This document shows positions 36,001-44,615 of a stretch of 53,596 nt of DNA, one piece after another. This DNA is from a virus (Duplodnaviria > Caudoviricetes), in IMG/VR virus record IMGVR_UViG_3300017700_000477, positions 1-53,596 of that record; one strand, 5' to 3'. Every line of letters begins with the position of its first letter. The stretch's first letter is position 1. Below the pieces are notes generated by a model. That model did no database searches. It had not been told where the DNA came from and saw nothing but the letters and a program-made list of their open reading frames with translations. Position numbers and translations under genes: made by a program.

Positions 36001-39000
36001 GAAGCAGCCGCAGCTCGACGGGAAGCTGCCCTAGGCAAGTTCCAGTCCGACCGCCGGCAGCTGGCGGACGTGCTCGACAGCCTGGGGCTCGACATAGGGA
36101 AGATGTCGAATGCGCAGGTGCGGGCGGTGCTGGAGAAGGAAGTGGCTGGGCGCAAGTTCGACCAAGGCGTGCCAGTGGACCTGACGCCGGGCGGTGGCAG
36201 CAAGACGATCACGGTGGGCGACACCACGATCGACTATGGCGTCGCATCTGATGGCAAGTCGGCCGAGGTCATCCTGATCAAGACGCCAGCGGCAAAGCGT
36301 GGCGAAGGCAGCGGACGTGCCGCGCTAGAGCAGTTCCTGCGCTCGACCGATGCGGCCGGCATAACGGTGTTCCTCACGGCCGAGCCAATGGACAAGGGCA
36401 CCAGCAAGGCCAAGCTGGAGGCGTTCTATAAGTCGGTCGGCTTCAAGGCCAACAAGGGCAAGAACAAGGATTTCAGCAGCCGCGCGGGAATGGTGCGTGC
36501 TCCGTCCAAGACCTACAACCAGCCCGTCTACCACGGCGGCCCGCACATCTTCGACCGCTTCAGCCTGGATCACATCGGCTCGGGCGAGGGCGCGCAAGCC
36601 TACGGCTGGGGGCTGTACTTCGCGGGGAAGAAGGAGATTGCGGAGTTCTACAAGACTTCAATCGGCCGCAATGAGGACGAGCTGATCAAGATCGGCGAGC
36701 GGTATGGATTGTCTGGAGACGCTGCAGTCATGCTTGCGCAGCAGTTCCAGCGCAAGTTTGGCGGAAAGACTTTTGACGGCTGGCTGGATAGTGTGGCGAC
36801 GGCTGTGGATGACCCGTTGCTGGCCGCTCGGTCGCGAGATGCAATGACGCAGCTACTGGAAAAGAGGGTCGAGGCTGCTGACGCATTTGCGGATATGAAG
36901 GCTCCCGGCCGCCTCTACCACGTCGAGATCCCCGAGGATGGCGCCTATCTGCTGTGGGACAAGCCGCTCAGTGAGCAGCCGGAGGGGGTGAAGGCTGCGC
37001 TCGAGAAGTTGGGTGTCGCCGCGCCGGCCAGGCCGACGCCGCCCGCTGATCGAGTAATCGCCGAGATCGTTCGCCGGGCCATCAAGATGAACGATGGCGA
37101 TTTCCGAGACCTGTCTCTCACGATCGACAATGACAGCGCGCTCTACAATCTCGCGGCGCAGCACGCGAAGCGCGCGGGCGCGGATATGGACGAAGGCCCC
37201 GGCGCTTACGTCGAGGAGCAGGCTGCGGCCTACCTCAAGGAATTGACGGACCAAGATGCCAACACTGGCGAACGCATCTATAAGGCGCTCGCTGACAAGG
37301 CTGGCGCGGAGATCGATACTGCTGGCCAAGACTTCGCGGACGGCAAGCCAATGGGCCGGGCGATTACCGAGTGGAACGCCAACCCCTTCAAGGGCGCATC
37401 GGCGCTGCTCCGCGAGGCCGGCATCCCCGGCATCAAGTATCTCGACGGTAGCAGCCGCCACGACGGCGACGGCACCCACAACTACGTCCTGTTCGACGAC
37501 AGCCTCGCCAAGATCACGCAGTACGAGCAAGCCGCTCGCGGCTCCATCACCTTCGGCGACAACGCCACGATCATCCAGCTTTTCCAGTCCCGCGACCTGT
37601 CGACCCTGGCGCACGAGTCCGGCCATCTCTGGCTGGAGGAGCTTTCCTTCGACGCCAAGAACGCCACCGCCTCTGACGCCATCAAGGCCGACTGGCAGGC
37701 GGTGCTGGAGTTCGTCGGCTCGACCGACGGCTACATCACCCGCGATCAGCACGAGCTATTCGCCCGCGGCTTCGAGACCTACCTCATGGAAGGCAAGGCG
37801 CCGAGCGAGGGCCTGCGGTCGGTGTTCCGCCAGTTCAAAAACTGGCTCGTCTCCATCTACCGGAACCTGACCAAACTGCAGGCGCCGCTGTCGCCGGAGA
37901 TGCGGCAGGTGTTCGATCGCCTGATCGCGACCGACGAGGAGATCGCCAACGCGCAGAACGTCCAGGCGCTCAACCCGGTATTCACCGACGCCAAGTCGGC
38001 CGGCATGACCGAGGCTGAGTTCGCGGCGTACACGCGGCGCGCGACGCAGGTGGTCGACGTGGCAGAGCAGGCCGTCCTCGAGAAGGTCATGGCCAGCATC
38101 CGCCGCGAGCGGACGAAAGAAGTGGCTGCCGAGAAGGCCAAGATCCGTGGCGAGGTCACTGACGAGCTGATGGCCGAGCCGGGCCAGGCCGCGCTGCACC
38201 TGCTGCGCACGGGCAAGCTGTTCGCCGGCGAGACCCCCGAGGTGCTGGTCGACGCGAAGCTGGACCGCAATAGCCTGGTCGAGATCTTGGGCGAGGCTGG
38301 GCTGGCGAACCTGCCGGCCGGCTCCTACGTGGCCGAGGGCGGTGTCGACGTCGACATGCTGGCGACGGTGGTCGGCTTGGCCAATGGCGTCGAGCTCGTC
38401 GAGCGGATGATGCAGATTCAGGCAGAGCAGGCGGCGATGCGCGCCAAGGGCGACAACCGGTCGGTGGCCGGCGCCCGCATTGCCGAGGAGACGCAGCGCA
38501 GGCTGACGGAAGCCCTGGGCGATCCGCTCAACGACGGCACGATCGAGGCCGAGGCGATGGCCGCGATCCATTCCGACAAGCAGGGCGCGCTGATGTCGAC
38601 CGAGCTCAAGGTGCTCGCGCGCAAGGCGGGCCAGACGGGCGCCATCACGCTGGACGATATCCAGTCGTGGGCGGAAAGCACGATCGCCGAAATGTCGGTC
38701 TACCAGGGCACGCAGGCTGCCAAGTACCAGCGGGCCGAGCGGATGGCTGGCCAGAAGGTCCAGCGCGCGCTGATCAAGGGCGACTTCGTGGCGGCGTTCA
38801 AGGCCAAGCAGGACCAGCTCGTCAACTTCGCGCTCTATCAGGAGGCCAAGAAGGCGGCCGAGGACGTCGAGGGCATCCGCAAACTGGCCGACCGCTACGC
38901 CTCGGCGGCCACGATCAAGAGCATGGAGCAGTCGTCGCTCGAGCAGATCCACCAGTTGCTCGAGGACTACGACTTCAAGAAGCGCGGTGGCAAGCTGCTG

Positions 39001-41286
39001 GCCGAGCGGACCACGTTCTCTGCCTGGGCTGCGGAGCAGGCTGCGGCCGGCTTCGAGGTGATCGAGCCGCCCCGCCTGAAGGGTGCGACCAGCAAGCACT
39101 TCTCGCAGATGACGGTCGAGGAGATCCGGGGTGTCGGCGACACGATCAAGCAGATTGCGCATATCGGCCGCTGGAAGCAGGAGATGCTCGACGACGGCAA
39201 GAAGCGCGCCTTCGAGGCTCTGGTCGACGAGGCCGTGACCACTGCCGGCAAGATAGACCAGCGCGGCGTGAGCCAGTTGCGGCGCGGCACGACCAACCTG
39301 CAGGACGCCCTGGGCGACACCGGCTCGTGGTTCCGGTCGGTCGACTCGGCGCTGCTCAAGATGGAGACGATGTTCGAGTGGCTGGACAACGACAAGACCG
39401 GCCGCGGCGTCTTCAGCCGGGTGGTGTTCCGTCGCATCGCGGACGCGCAGGTCGTCGAGCGCGACATGCAGAAAGACCTGGCCGACAGACAGAAGGCCAT
39501 CTTCGACAAGGTGCCGCGCGAGCAGAGCCGCCTGTGGTCGCAGCAGCATACGGTCGACCTGCCGGGCACCAAGCAGTTGAACAAGAGCCAGATGCTGGCC
39601 GTGGCCCTGAACATGGGCAACGAGTCGAACAAGACGAAGCTGCTCGAAGGCGAGAAGTGGGCCGAGGCCGACGTCAAGGCCATGCTCGACAAGAACCTCA
39701 CGGCCGAGGAATGGCGGTTCGTGCAGGATACGTGGGACCTGATCGACTCCAAGTGGCCGGAGACCGAGGCGCTCGAGAAGCGCGTCAACGGTGTCGCGCC
39801 GCCCAAGGTCGAGGCTGTGGCCGTGGTCACACCGCACGGCACCCTGCGCGGCGGGTACTATCCCATGAGCTACGACAAGGCCGGCGACGTGAAGGCCGAC
39901 CGGGTATCGTCCAAGTCGGGCGAGGGGCTGTTCGATCCCGAGTATCGCCGGGCGTCGACGCGCGCCGGCTCGACGCATGAGCGCGTCGCGGGCTTCAACG
40001 CCAAGGTGCTGCTATCGCTCAACGTCATCGGCTCGCATCTCAATGAGGTCGCGCACGATCTCGCGTTCCGCGAGGCCGTCATGGACATCAACAAGTTCCT
40101 GTCCAACGACAAGGTCCGCGATGCCATCCGTGGCGCCGTCGGGCCGGAGTATGAGAAGCAGACCCTGGTCTGGCTCAAGGCCGTGGCCAACGAGTGGGCG
40201 ATCGACCGTCGCGGGCTGGAAGGTATCGACAAGTTCCTGCAGACGGCGCGGGCGAATACCGCGATCGTCGGAATGGGCTTCCGGGTGTCGACCATGTTCT
40301 CGCAGGTGGCCGGCTTCGGCAACTCGGTCCAGCGCCTGGGATCGGCCAACATGATGCGCGGCATGCGGGACTTCTACCGCAACCCTTTCGCCATGGCCGA
40401 GGCCGTGCGCGGCAAGTCGGGCGAGATGCGTCACCGTGCCAACGATCTCGAGCGGGACATCCGCCTGGCGCTGAAGCGGATGGAGGGCAAAGACTCCAGC
40501 CTCGACAGCGTGCGCCGGTTCGCTTTCCGCGGTATCGCCCTGTTCGACGCTGCCGTGTCCCTGCCGACATGGATGGGCGCCTACAACGACGGTCTGCGCC
40601 AGGGCATGAGCGAGGCGGACGCGGTCCACTACGGCGACAAGATGGTGCGCGACACACAGGGAGCTGGCTCGGTCAAGGATCTGTCGGCATTCCAGCGCGG
40701 CAGCGAGCCTCTGAAGCTGCTGGGCATGTTCTATTCGTACTTCAACGTCTACTACAATCGGCAGCGGAGCATCGCGCGCGACTTCCGCTCGGCCGACTCC
40801 TTCTCGGATTACATGAACGTCGTCGGCCAGGGCCTGTGGCTCATGGTCATCCCGACGCTTCTGGCCGGCTTGCTGTCGGGACAGGGGCCGGATGATGACG
40901 AGGAGTGGCTGACGTGGGCCATGCGCAACGTCGGCTTCGGCGTGTTCTCCGGTATCCCCTGGGCGCGCGACGTGTCTGGTGCTGCCAGCAACCTCGTCGG
41001 CGGCAAGAATTTCGGCGGCGCCAAGCTCTCCCCGATCGAGGGCATCGGCGAGGGCGTGATTAAGCTGGGCAAGGATGCGGTCGCACTGGTCCAGGGCAAG
41101 GAGACGTCCAAGACCTCGATCAAAAATGCCTTCAACGTGACGGGACTGTTCACGGCCCTGCCGCTCGGCCAGGTTGGCGCCTCCTCGCAATTCGTGTGGG
41201 ATGCGCTGGTCGAGGGAACGCAGGACCCCGAGGGTCTGCTCGACTGGATGAAGGGCCTGGCCTACGGGCCGAAGCATAAGAAGTAG
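33004..41286 (+). CDS. Giant (2760 aa) polyvalent internal virion protein with GNAT, ART-like and HExxH metallopeptidase domains
   Basis: KRGEGSGR..FYKSVGF (about 36170-36500); YHG..FD.F...GEG.QAYGWGLYF...NYVLFD (36526-37510); STLAHESGH (37612). Confidence 0.85.
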   Translation: MSDISDAAIEPTVEQPAVAVDAPVPDVQLAEAPPVNKYDAAAAEMVEAPAAVSVPPVNKYDAAADSLVSDRNTKVRASVLTSTGTADTAGKAVALSRKTGLPADMVERNLPEVEKTDKLNRYDEILKNAPKMADWLAQDPMNVKVADGEGDVEKLGFLEWTVNELYRPYLQQQASSGLAGMKVAAGKITQLDAAEAKAARGDYLTPFEKAMLPQAEQIRKEMQGFMAQYSTQRLERSAQAAALPELPAVKEMQAAGEAGDWGGVFSALMKDPVRAAYAISLQGAAMLPLQIGGAVVAGPVGVFGVSFGLEYMGAVEEAIKASGVDTQDPAALMKALSNPELMAKVEKQAATKASVIGAFDTASMGVAGKTIGVGRKALTRHATNIVAQIGVQGALGGAGEALGSLAADLPVDPFAVVSEVLGEMGGAPMEVAGVRGWKNAVRQDATAEQWAKFQALPPAEQQATGQAMLLDKLVAQANDTKLAKTSPEKLQEFMASVSGQDATVFVPAEAVNSYMQDMTGLQSEAFLSSLGVTADQIARIRQTDEDFAIPLAMYITGASEAHAAWRDQVRTEVDGFSVRQAQEWAKAKDEQIKALQDKFEEHVAAGLPPDPQTVVYQQVLEMAKANGYTNDVASQHAALYASRYAARAARNPGQYADALDAFEKAGTGKGLQIQTMLADGTRAAGPGVLDTMLDSLRSGKDPVRVPRAARVAKDAGPAADATILKAASRLARGWTPEKAIPAPQSLTDFVRKNGGLRLGTSEAGDLRAADLTKIPGLLQLKGKGKGRQADDMAQAAMDAGFRFGPDTATGSGVDVAAFLKALEGDATGRSKAYPDDADTTAFQEQQDYFNEFFRWLKDDLGWEPKGRTPEEVAKFLAQDDTTQRLMVLAERVEALGPDSDEARHLDRELARIADESLERLADEFADRDAAMAVDDTGAAVDTDGLTTEEWEALHDEIAATVEDDAATDGRPADGQAAGQRAQGAGRDKAGDVAAGKTPKEAAAARREAALGKFQSDRRQLADVLDSLGLDIGKMSNAQVRAVLEKEVAGRKFDQGVPVDLTPGGGSKTITVGDTTIDYGVASDGKSAEVILIKTPAAKRGEGSGRAALEQFLRSTDAAGITVFLTAEPMDKGTSKAKLEAFYKSVGFKANKGKNKDFSSRAGMVRAPSKTYNQPVYHGGPHIFDRFSLDHIGSGEGAQAYGWGLYFAGKKEIAEFYKTSIGRNEDELIKIGERYGLSGDAAVMLAQQFQRKFGGKTFDGWLDSVATAVDDPLLAARSRDAMTQLLEKRVEAADAFADMKAPGRLYHVEIPEDGAYLLWDKPLSEQPEGVKAALEKLGVAAPARPTPPADRVIAEIVRRAIKMNDGDFRDLSLTIDNDSALYNLAAQHAKRAGADMDEGPGAYVEEQAAAYLKELTDQDANTGERIYKALADKAGAEIDTAGQDFADGKPMGRAITEWNANPFKGASALLREAGIPGIKYLDGSSRHDGDGTHNYVLFDDSLAKITQYEQAARGSITFGDNATIIQLFQSRDLSTLAHESGHLWLEELSFDAKNATASDAIKADWQAVLEFVGSTDGYITRDQHELFARGFETYLMEGKAPSEGLRSVFRQFKNWLVSIYRNLTKLQAPLSPEMRQVFDRLIATDEEIANAQNVQALNPVFTDAKSAGMTEAEFAAYTRRATQVVDVAEQAVLEKVMASIRRERTKEVAAEKAKIRGEVTDELMAEPGQAALHLLRTGKLFAGETPEVLVDAKLDRNSLVEILGEAGLANLPAGSYVAEGGVDVDMLATVVGLANGVELVERMMQIQAEQAAMRAKGDNRSVAGARIAEETQRRLTEALGDPLNDGTIEAEAMAAIHSDKQGALMSTELKVLARKAGQTGAITLDDIQSWAESTIAEMSVYQGTQAAKYQRAERMAGQKVQRALIKGDFVAAFKAKQDQLVNFALYQEAKKAAEDVEGIRKLADRYASAATIKSMEQSSLEQIHQLLEDYDFKKRGGKLLAERTTFSAWAAEQAAAGFEVIEPPRLKGATSKHFSQMTVEEIRGVGDTIKQIAHIGRWKQEMLDDGKKRAFEALVDEAVTTAGKIDQRGVSQLRRGTTNLQDALGDTGSWFRSVDSALLKMETMFEWLDNDKTGRGVFSRVVFRRIADAQVVERDMQKDLADRQKAIFDKVPREQSRLWSQQHTVDLPGTKQLNKSQMLAVALNMGNESNKTKLLEGEKWAEADVKAMLDKNLTAEEWRFVQDTWDLIDSKWPETEALEKRVNGVAPPKVEAVAVVTPHGTLRGGYYPMSYDKAGDVKADRVSSKSGEGLFDPEYRRASTRAGSTHERVAGFNAKVLLSLNVIGSHLNEVAHDLAFREAVMDINKFLSNDKVRDAIRGAVGPEYEKQTLVWLKAVANEWAIDRRGLEGIDKFLQTARANTAIVGMGFRVSTMFSQVAGFGNSVQRLGSANMMRGMRDFYRNPFAMAEAVRGKSGEMRHRANDLERDIRLALKRMEGKDSSLDSVRRFAFRGIALFDAAVSLPTWMGAYNDGLRQGMSEADAVHYGDKMVRDTQGAGSVKDLSAFQRGSEPLKLLGMFYSYFNVYYNRQRSIARDFRSADSFSDYMNVVGQGLWLMVIPTLLAGLLSGQGPDDDEEWLTWAMRNVGFGVFSGIPWARDVSGAASNLVGGKNFGGAKLSPIEGIGEGVIKLGKDAVALVQGKETSKTSIKNAFNVTGLFTALPLGQVGASSQFVWDALVEGTQDPEGLLDWMKGLAYGPKHKK
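35864..36034 (+). CDS. Putative nested +1-frame gene (56 aa, basic) inside the giant gene
   Basis: MTKSQQLSKMTQRLTGVLQTDKLPGSARKELAAIRLATSLRVKLRKKQPQLDGKLP; GC3 bias shifts to this frame; upstream TTGACG-N17-GACACT. Confidence 0.55.
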   Translation: MTKSQQLSKMTQRLTGVLQTDKLPGSARKELAAIRLATSLRVKLRKKQPQLDGKLP

Positions 41287-41290
41287 CCGG

Positions 41291-41336
41291 CCAATAGAGA
41301 CCAAAAGCAAGGTCGGTCGGTCGGTGGGCGTATAGT
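41291..41336 (+). promoter_or_regulatory. Late promoter copy 3 (CCAATAGAGACCAAA-N25-TATAGT)
   Basis: Exact motif upstream of the tail fibre gene. Confidence 0.8.
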
Positions 41337-41370
41337 CCAAAATCCCGCTTAAAGTCTGGGAGTTTGGAAT

Positions 41371-42705
41371 TTGAGTGCCATCGACCGCCGCAGTGGGGCC
41401 TATCTTCAAGCCGCGATAAAGCTGCCCTGCCGGGTGGTCTCTGTCGCCAACATCACGCTGTCTGGTTTGCAGACCATCGACGGTGTGGCGCTGGCCGAGT
41501 CCGACCGGGTGCTCGTGACGGCGCAGACCGTTCCTTCCGAGAACGGCATCTATGTGGCGGACACCGGCGGCTGGGCGCGCTCGGCGGACTGCAATGGGCC
41601 GCGGGATTTAGTGTTCGGCACGATCGTCGTTGTGACGTCCGGCACGCTCAACGCCCGTTCGGTCTGGGAAGTAACGACGATCCTGCCGGCCATCGGGTCG
41701 GCTTTGACGTGGGCTGTGATGGGCGCTGGAGCTCTAGCCCTGGCGTCGGCGTTCATGCTGACGGTGCTCGACGACACGACCGCCGGCGCGGCGCGCACCA
41801 CGCTGGGCGCGGTCGGACTGACCGGCAACGAGACGGTCGCTGGCATCAAGGCGTTCACTGGCGCGAACACGCACGCGGGCAACGAGGTCTTCACTGGCGC
41901 GGTCGACATGACGGCAGGAACGCCTACCGTCCCGACGGCTGCGGTTGGCACCAGCACCACCGCCGCGGCTTCCACGGCTTGGGTCAACCGGTCGCTGGGT
42001 GGCGCCGCCATCCGCTCTTACCTGGCGGGCCTGCAACTCACCGGCCGCACCAACACGACCATCTCCTACGGTGCCGGCGTCTGTGCCGACAGCACCAACG
42101 CGGCGATGCTCGTCCTGGCGGCCGGCACGATCAACTGCGCGACTGTCGGTGCGAACGGCCTCGACGCCGGCGCGTTGGCCAATACGACCTGGTATCACGT
42201 CTACGCCATCAGCACAGCGGCGGGCGCCACGGCGTTCCTGGCTTCGACCAACGTGTCGACCCCGACGATGCCGAGCGGCTACACGCTCAAGCGCCGCATC
42301 GGCAGCTTCAAGACCAACGGCGCGGCGCAGATTCTGGACATGATCCAGTCCGGCGACACGTTCTCGTGGGTCGTGGCGACGACGGATTTCAGCGCCAACC
42401 CGCTGACGACGCCGGTCACGCTCAACGTTCCGACCGGTCTCAGCGTGACGTGGATCGGTGATGTGGGCTGCATCAACAGCGGCGGTCTGAGCTACTTCAT
42501 CACCCTGTACGACTTCGGTGTGACCACGTCAGCCAAGAGCGTGACGGCTTTTGTCACGCCCACCGCCAACGTATCAATCAACACTCCTATGCAAATCCGC
42601 ACCAACACGACGGCGCAGATCGTCACCAGCGTCTCCGGCTCGCCGGGCGGCGCGACTGTGCTCAAGACGTGCGGCTGGATCGATCGCCGCGGCAGGGACG
42701 ATTAA
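41371..42705 (+). CDS. Tail fibre protein
   Basis: NITLSGLQTIDGV.L...DRVLV..Q....NGIY, LDD..A.AARTTLG, P.GYT.KRRIGS; TTG start. Confidence 0.85.
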   Translation: MSAIDRRSGAYLQAAIKLPCRVVSVANITLSGLQTIDGVALAESDRVLVTAQTVPSENGIYVADTGGWARSADCNGPRDLVFGTIVVVTSGTLNARSVWEVTTILPAIGSALTWAVMGAGALALASAFMLTVLDDTTAGAARTTLGAVGLTGNETVAGIKAFTGANTHAGNEVFTGAVDMTAGTPTVPTAAVGTSTTAAASTAWVNRSLGGAAIRSYLAGLQLTGRTNTTISYGAGVCADSTNAAMLVLAAGTINCATVGANGLDAGALANTTWYHVYAISTAAGATAFLASTNVSTPTMPSGYTLKRRIGSFKTNGAAQILDMIQSGDTFSWVVATTDFSANPLTTPVTLNVPTGLSVTWIGDVGCINSGGLSYFITLYDFGVTTSAKSVTAFVTPTANVSINTPMQIRTNTTAQIVTSVSGSPGGATVLKTCGWIDRRGRDD

Positions 42706-42908
42706 TGTCCCCGCGCGCGCCTGATCCGCTCGGCCGGCTCGGACGACAGCAGCGCATTGAGTGTGCGCAGCAACGCGCGCTCGCCGTCGGTGAGCGGCAA
42801 GTTGTCGAGGTGGCGCATCATCAGATCGTCGCGGGTCTTGACGAGCGTCAGGCCGCGGAGGTCTCCGGTGCGGATGTATCGGTCCATGTCGTCTGCAAGC
42901 TGGGTCAT
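42702..42908 (-). CDS. Small opposite-strand gene, probably leaderless (moron-like)
   Basis: Fills the gap exactly; extended -10 TG-C-TAGGCT 6 nt before the ATG. Confidence 0.6.
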   Translation of the reverse strand: MTQLADDMDRYIRTGDLRGLTLVKTRDDLMMRHLDNLPLTDGERALLRTLNALLSSEPAERIRRARGH

Positions 42909-42937
42909 CTCGCGAGCCTAGCACGGGCATCCGCCTG

Positions 42938-44032
42938 ATGGCCAAGGCCATTCTCTGCATCGGCCAGTCGCTCATGGAGCGCATGTTCTCGGTGAGCAGC
43001 GGGACCTGCACGCCGCACGCCGACACGCATATGTGGGACGGCTCCGGCTGGGTGGCGCCCACAGGCGACGGGGCGATCACCTACGCCAACTGCCTGCGGA
43101 CAGCCCTGCAGGAGCACATTTACCTCATACCGGCCGCCGTCGGGAACACGCCGCTGCTGCCCTACACCGGCATGACGTGCTGGTCGAACGCCGCCGGCTC
43201 CCTGGTCTGCAACGCCATCGCGCAAACGCAGGCGGCCCTCGGCTCCGTCTCCGGGCTCTGCCTCGACCGGGTCGAATGGTGGCAGGGCCAGCACGAGTGC
43301 TACACGGGCGGCTACTCCAACATGTACGGCGACTACCTGGCGGGCCTCGGCACGCTGCTGGCCACGCTGCGCTCGGCGCTGGGCACCGACTTCCGGTTCT
43401 GCATCTGGCCCGTGAACCGCGTCCACACCGGCACGATCGCCAACGTCCTGCGGGCGCAGATGGAGATGGCCAACGCCCCCGGAGCGCCGGCCCTCGGGAT
43501 CGAGCCAGGCCCCTCCAGCTACGACCGAGGCTATAGCGACGGCGTCCACCTCGGCAGCGGCGCCGAATACCTCTGGATGGGCATACGGGGCGCGCGGAAC
43601 GCCTGCAGCTACTTCGATGCCAAGGCGCACGCGGCCGACACGATCCCGCACTACGGCGCCGGCCCGGTCATCGAGAGCCTGCTGCGCCACCCCAACGGCA
43701 CGACGCCTGTCCTGTTCGCCATCATCCGGGCGAAGAACGGCTTTTCCCTCCTGCCGACGAATCCCTGGGGCAGCAGCGATCTCGAGATGAACGCCTTTCA
43801 GGCAGCGTGGGCCAGCGGCTCGCACTCTGGCCTGCCGCTCACCGGGTCGCAGCTCATGGGCAACTACGTCCGTATGCCGTGCTCCTGGAACATCAGCTAT
43901 CCGGCGTGGGTGAGCTATTGGGGCGAGTACAATTGCTCGGCCGCGAATGTCGTATACGACACCAACGCTCAGTTCGGTGGCGCCGGCCAGCCGCTGCTCG
44001 CGCTCCCTCTCGGCGCCCTGACCAGCAACTGA
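42938..44032 (+). CDS. SGNH / sialate O-acetylesterase-like protein (probable receptor-modifying spike)
   Basis: GQS, WWQG..E, DGVH catalytic motifs. Confidence 0.8.
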   Translation: MAKAILCIGQSLMERMFSVSSGTCTPHADTHMWDGSGWVAPTGDGAITYANCLRTALQEHIYLIPAAVGNTPLLPYTGMTCWSNAAGSLVCNAIAQTQAALGSVSGLCLDRVEWWQGQHECYTGGYSNMYGDYLAGLGTLLATLRSALGTDFRFCIWPVNRVHTGTIANVLRAQMEMANAPGAPALGIEPGPSSYDRGYSDGVHLGSGAEYLWMGIRGARNACSYFDAKAHAADTIPHYGAGPVIESLLRHPNGTTPVLFAIIRAKNGFSLLPTNPWGSSDLEMNAFQAAWASGSHSGLPLTGSQLMGNYVRMPCSWNISYPAWVSYWGEYNCSAANVVYDTNAQFGGAGQPLLALPLGALTSN

Positions 44033-44036
44033 GCGG

Positions 44037-44082
44037 CCAATAGAGACCAAATGCAGGGGTCGGCGAGACCACCGCCTATAGT
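44037..44082 (+). promoter_or_regulatory. Late promoter copy 4 (CCAATAGAGACCAAA-N25-TATAGT)
   Basis: Exact motif. Confidence 0.8.
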
Positions 44083-44113
44083 TATCTCCTGACCTTGTAG
44101 GTGGGAGACGACG

Positions 44114-44614
44114 ATGATCACGCTGTACGAAAAGGCCGCAACCTTCACGCGCCCCAACGATACGACCGCCTACGCATCGGGCGATCTGGTCGCGAATAGC
44201 ACCACCGCCGGTTCCGTCGTCGCCCTGTCCTGGGGTATCCCCAGCAACGCGCCAGGCTGCATCCCGGCCATCCGCCTGTCGATCAACACGGCGCTCCTGG
44301 CCAACGCCACCTTCCGCCTGCACCTGTTCTCCGCGACACCGACCTTCGTCACCGGCGGCGACAACAGCGCGTTCGGCATCGTGGTTGCCACGGGCTACGA
44401 TCAGTTCCTGGCCGCCTACGAAGGTACGCTGTCGACCGTGACCGCCAATGGCGCGGCCGGCCTGCTGGTGCCTCTGGACGGTGTCATCCTGCCCTACCTG
44501 CGCAAGCCTGTCGCTACCATCCAGACGCTCATGTACGGACTCCTCGAGGCGCGGGCAGCCTACGTGCCGGCCGCTCAGAGCGTGTTCACGGCAACCATCA
44601 TCCTCGAGAAGTAG
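44114..44614 (+). CDS. Beta-rich virion accessory protein (TRPNDTTAYASGD motif)
   Basis: Recurrent phage structural motif; own late promoter. Confidence 0.7.
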   Translation: MITLYEKAATFTRPNDTTAYASGDLVANSTTAGSVVALSWGIPSNAPGCIPAIRLSINTALLANATFRLHLFSATPTFVTGGDNSAFGIVVATGYDQFLAAYEGTLSTVTANGAAGLLVPLDGVILPYLRKPVATIQTLMYGLLEARAAYVPAAQSVFTATIILEK

Positions 44615-44615
44615 G

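Noticed and set aside
36704-36847. Second nested +1 ORF (47 aa) in the giant gene
   Set aside because: No promoter or SD, and codon bias does not clearly favour this frame. More likely a recently acquired lower-GC insert.
15781-41409. Long minus-strand ORFs (e.g. 15781-17736, 30590-32677, 37756-39978, 40012-41409)
   Set aside because: Antisense shadows of high-GC3 genes with no recognisable motifs.
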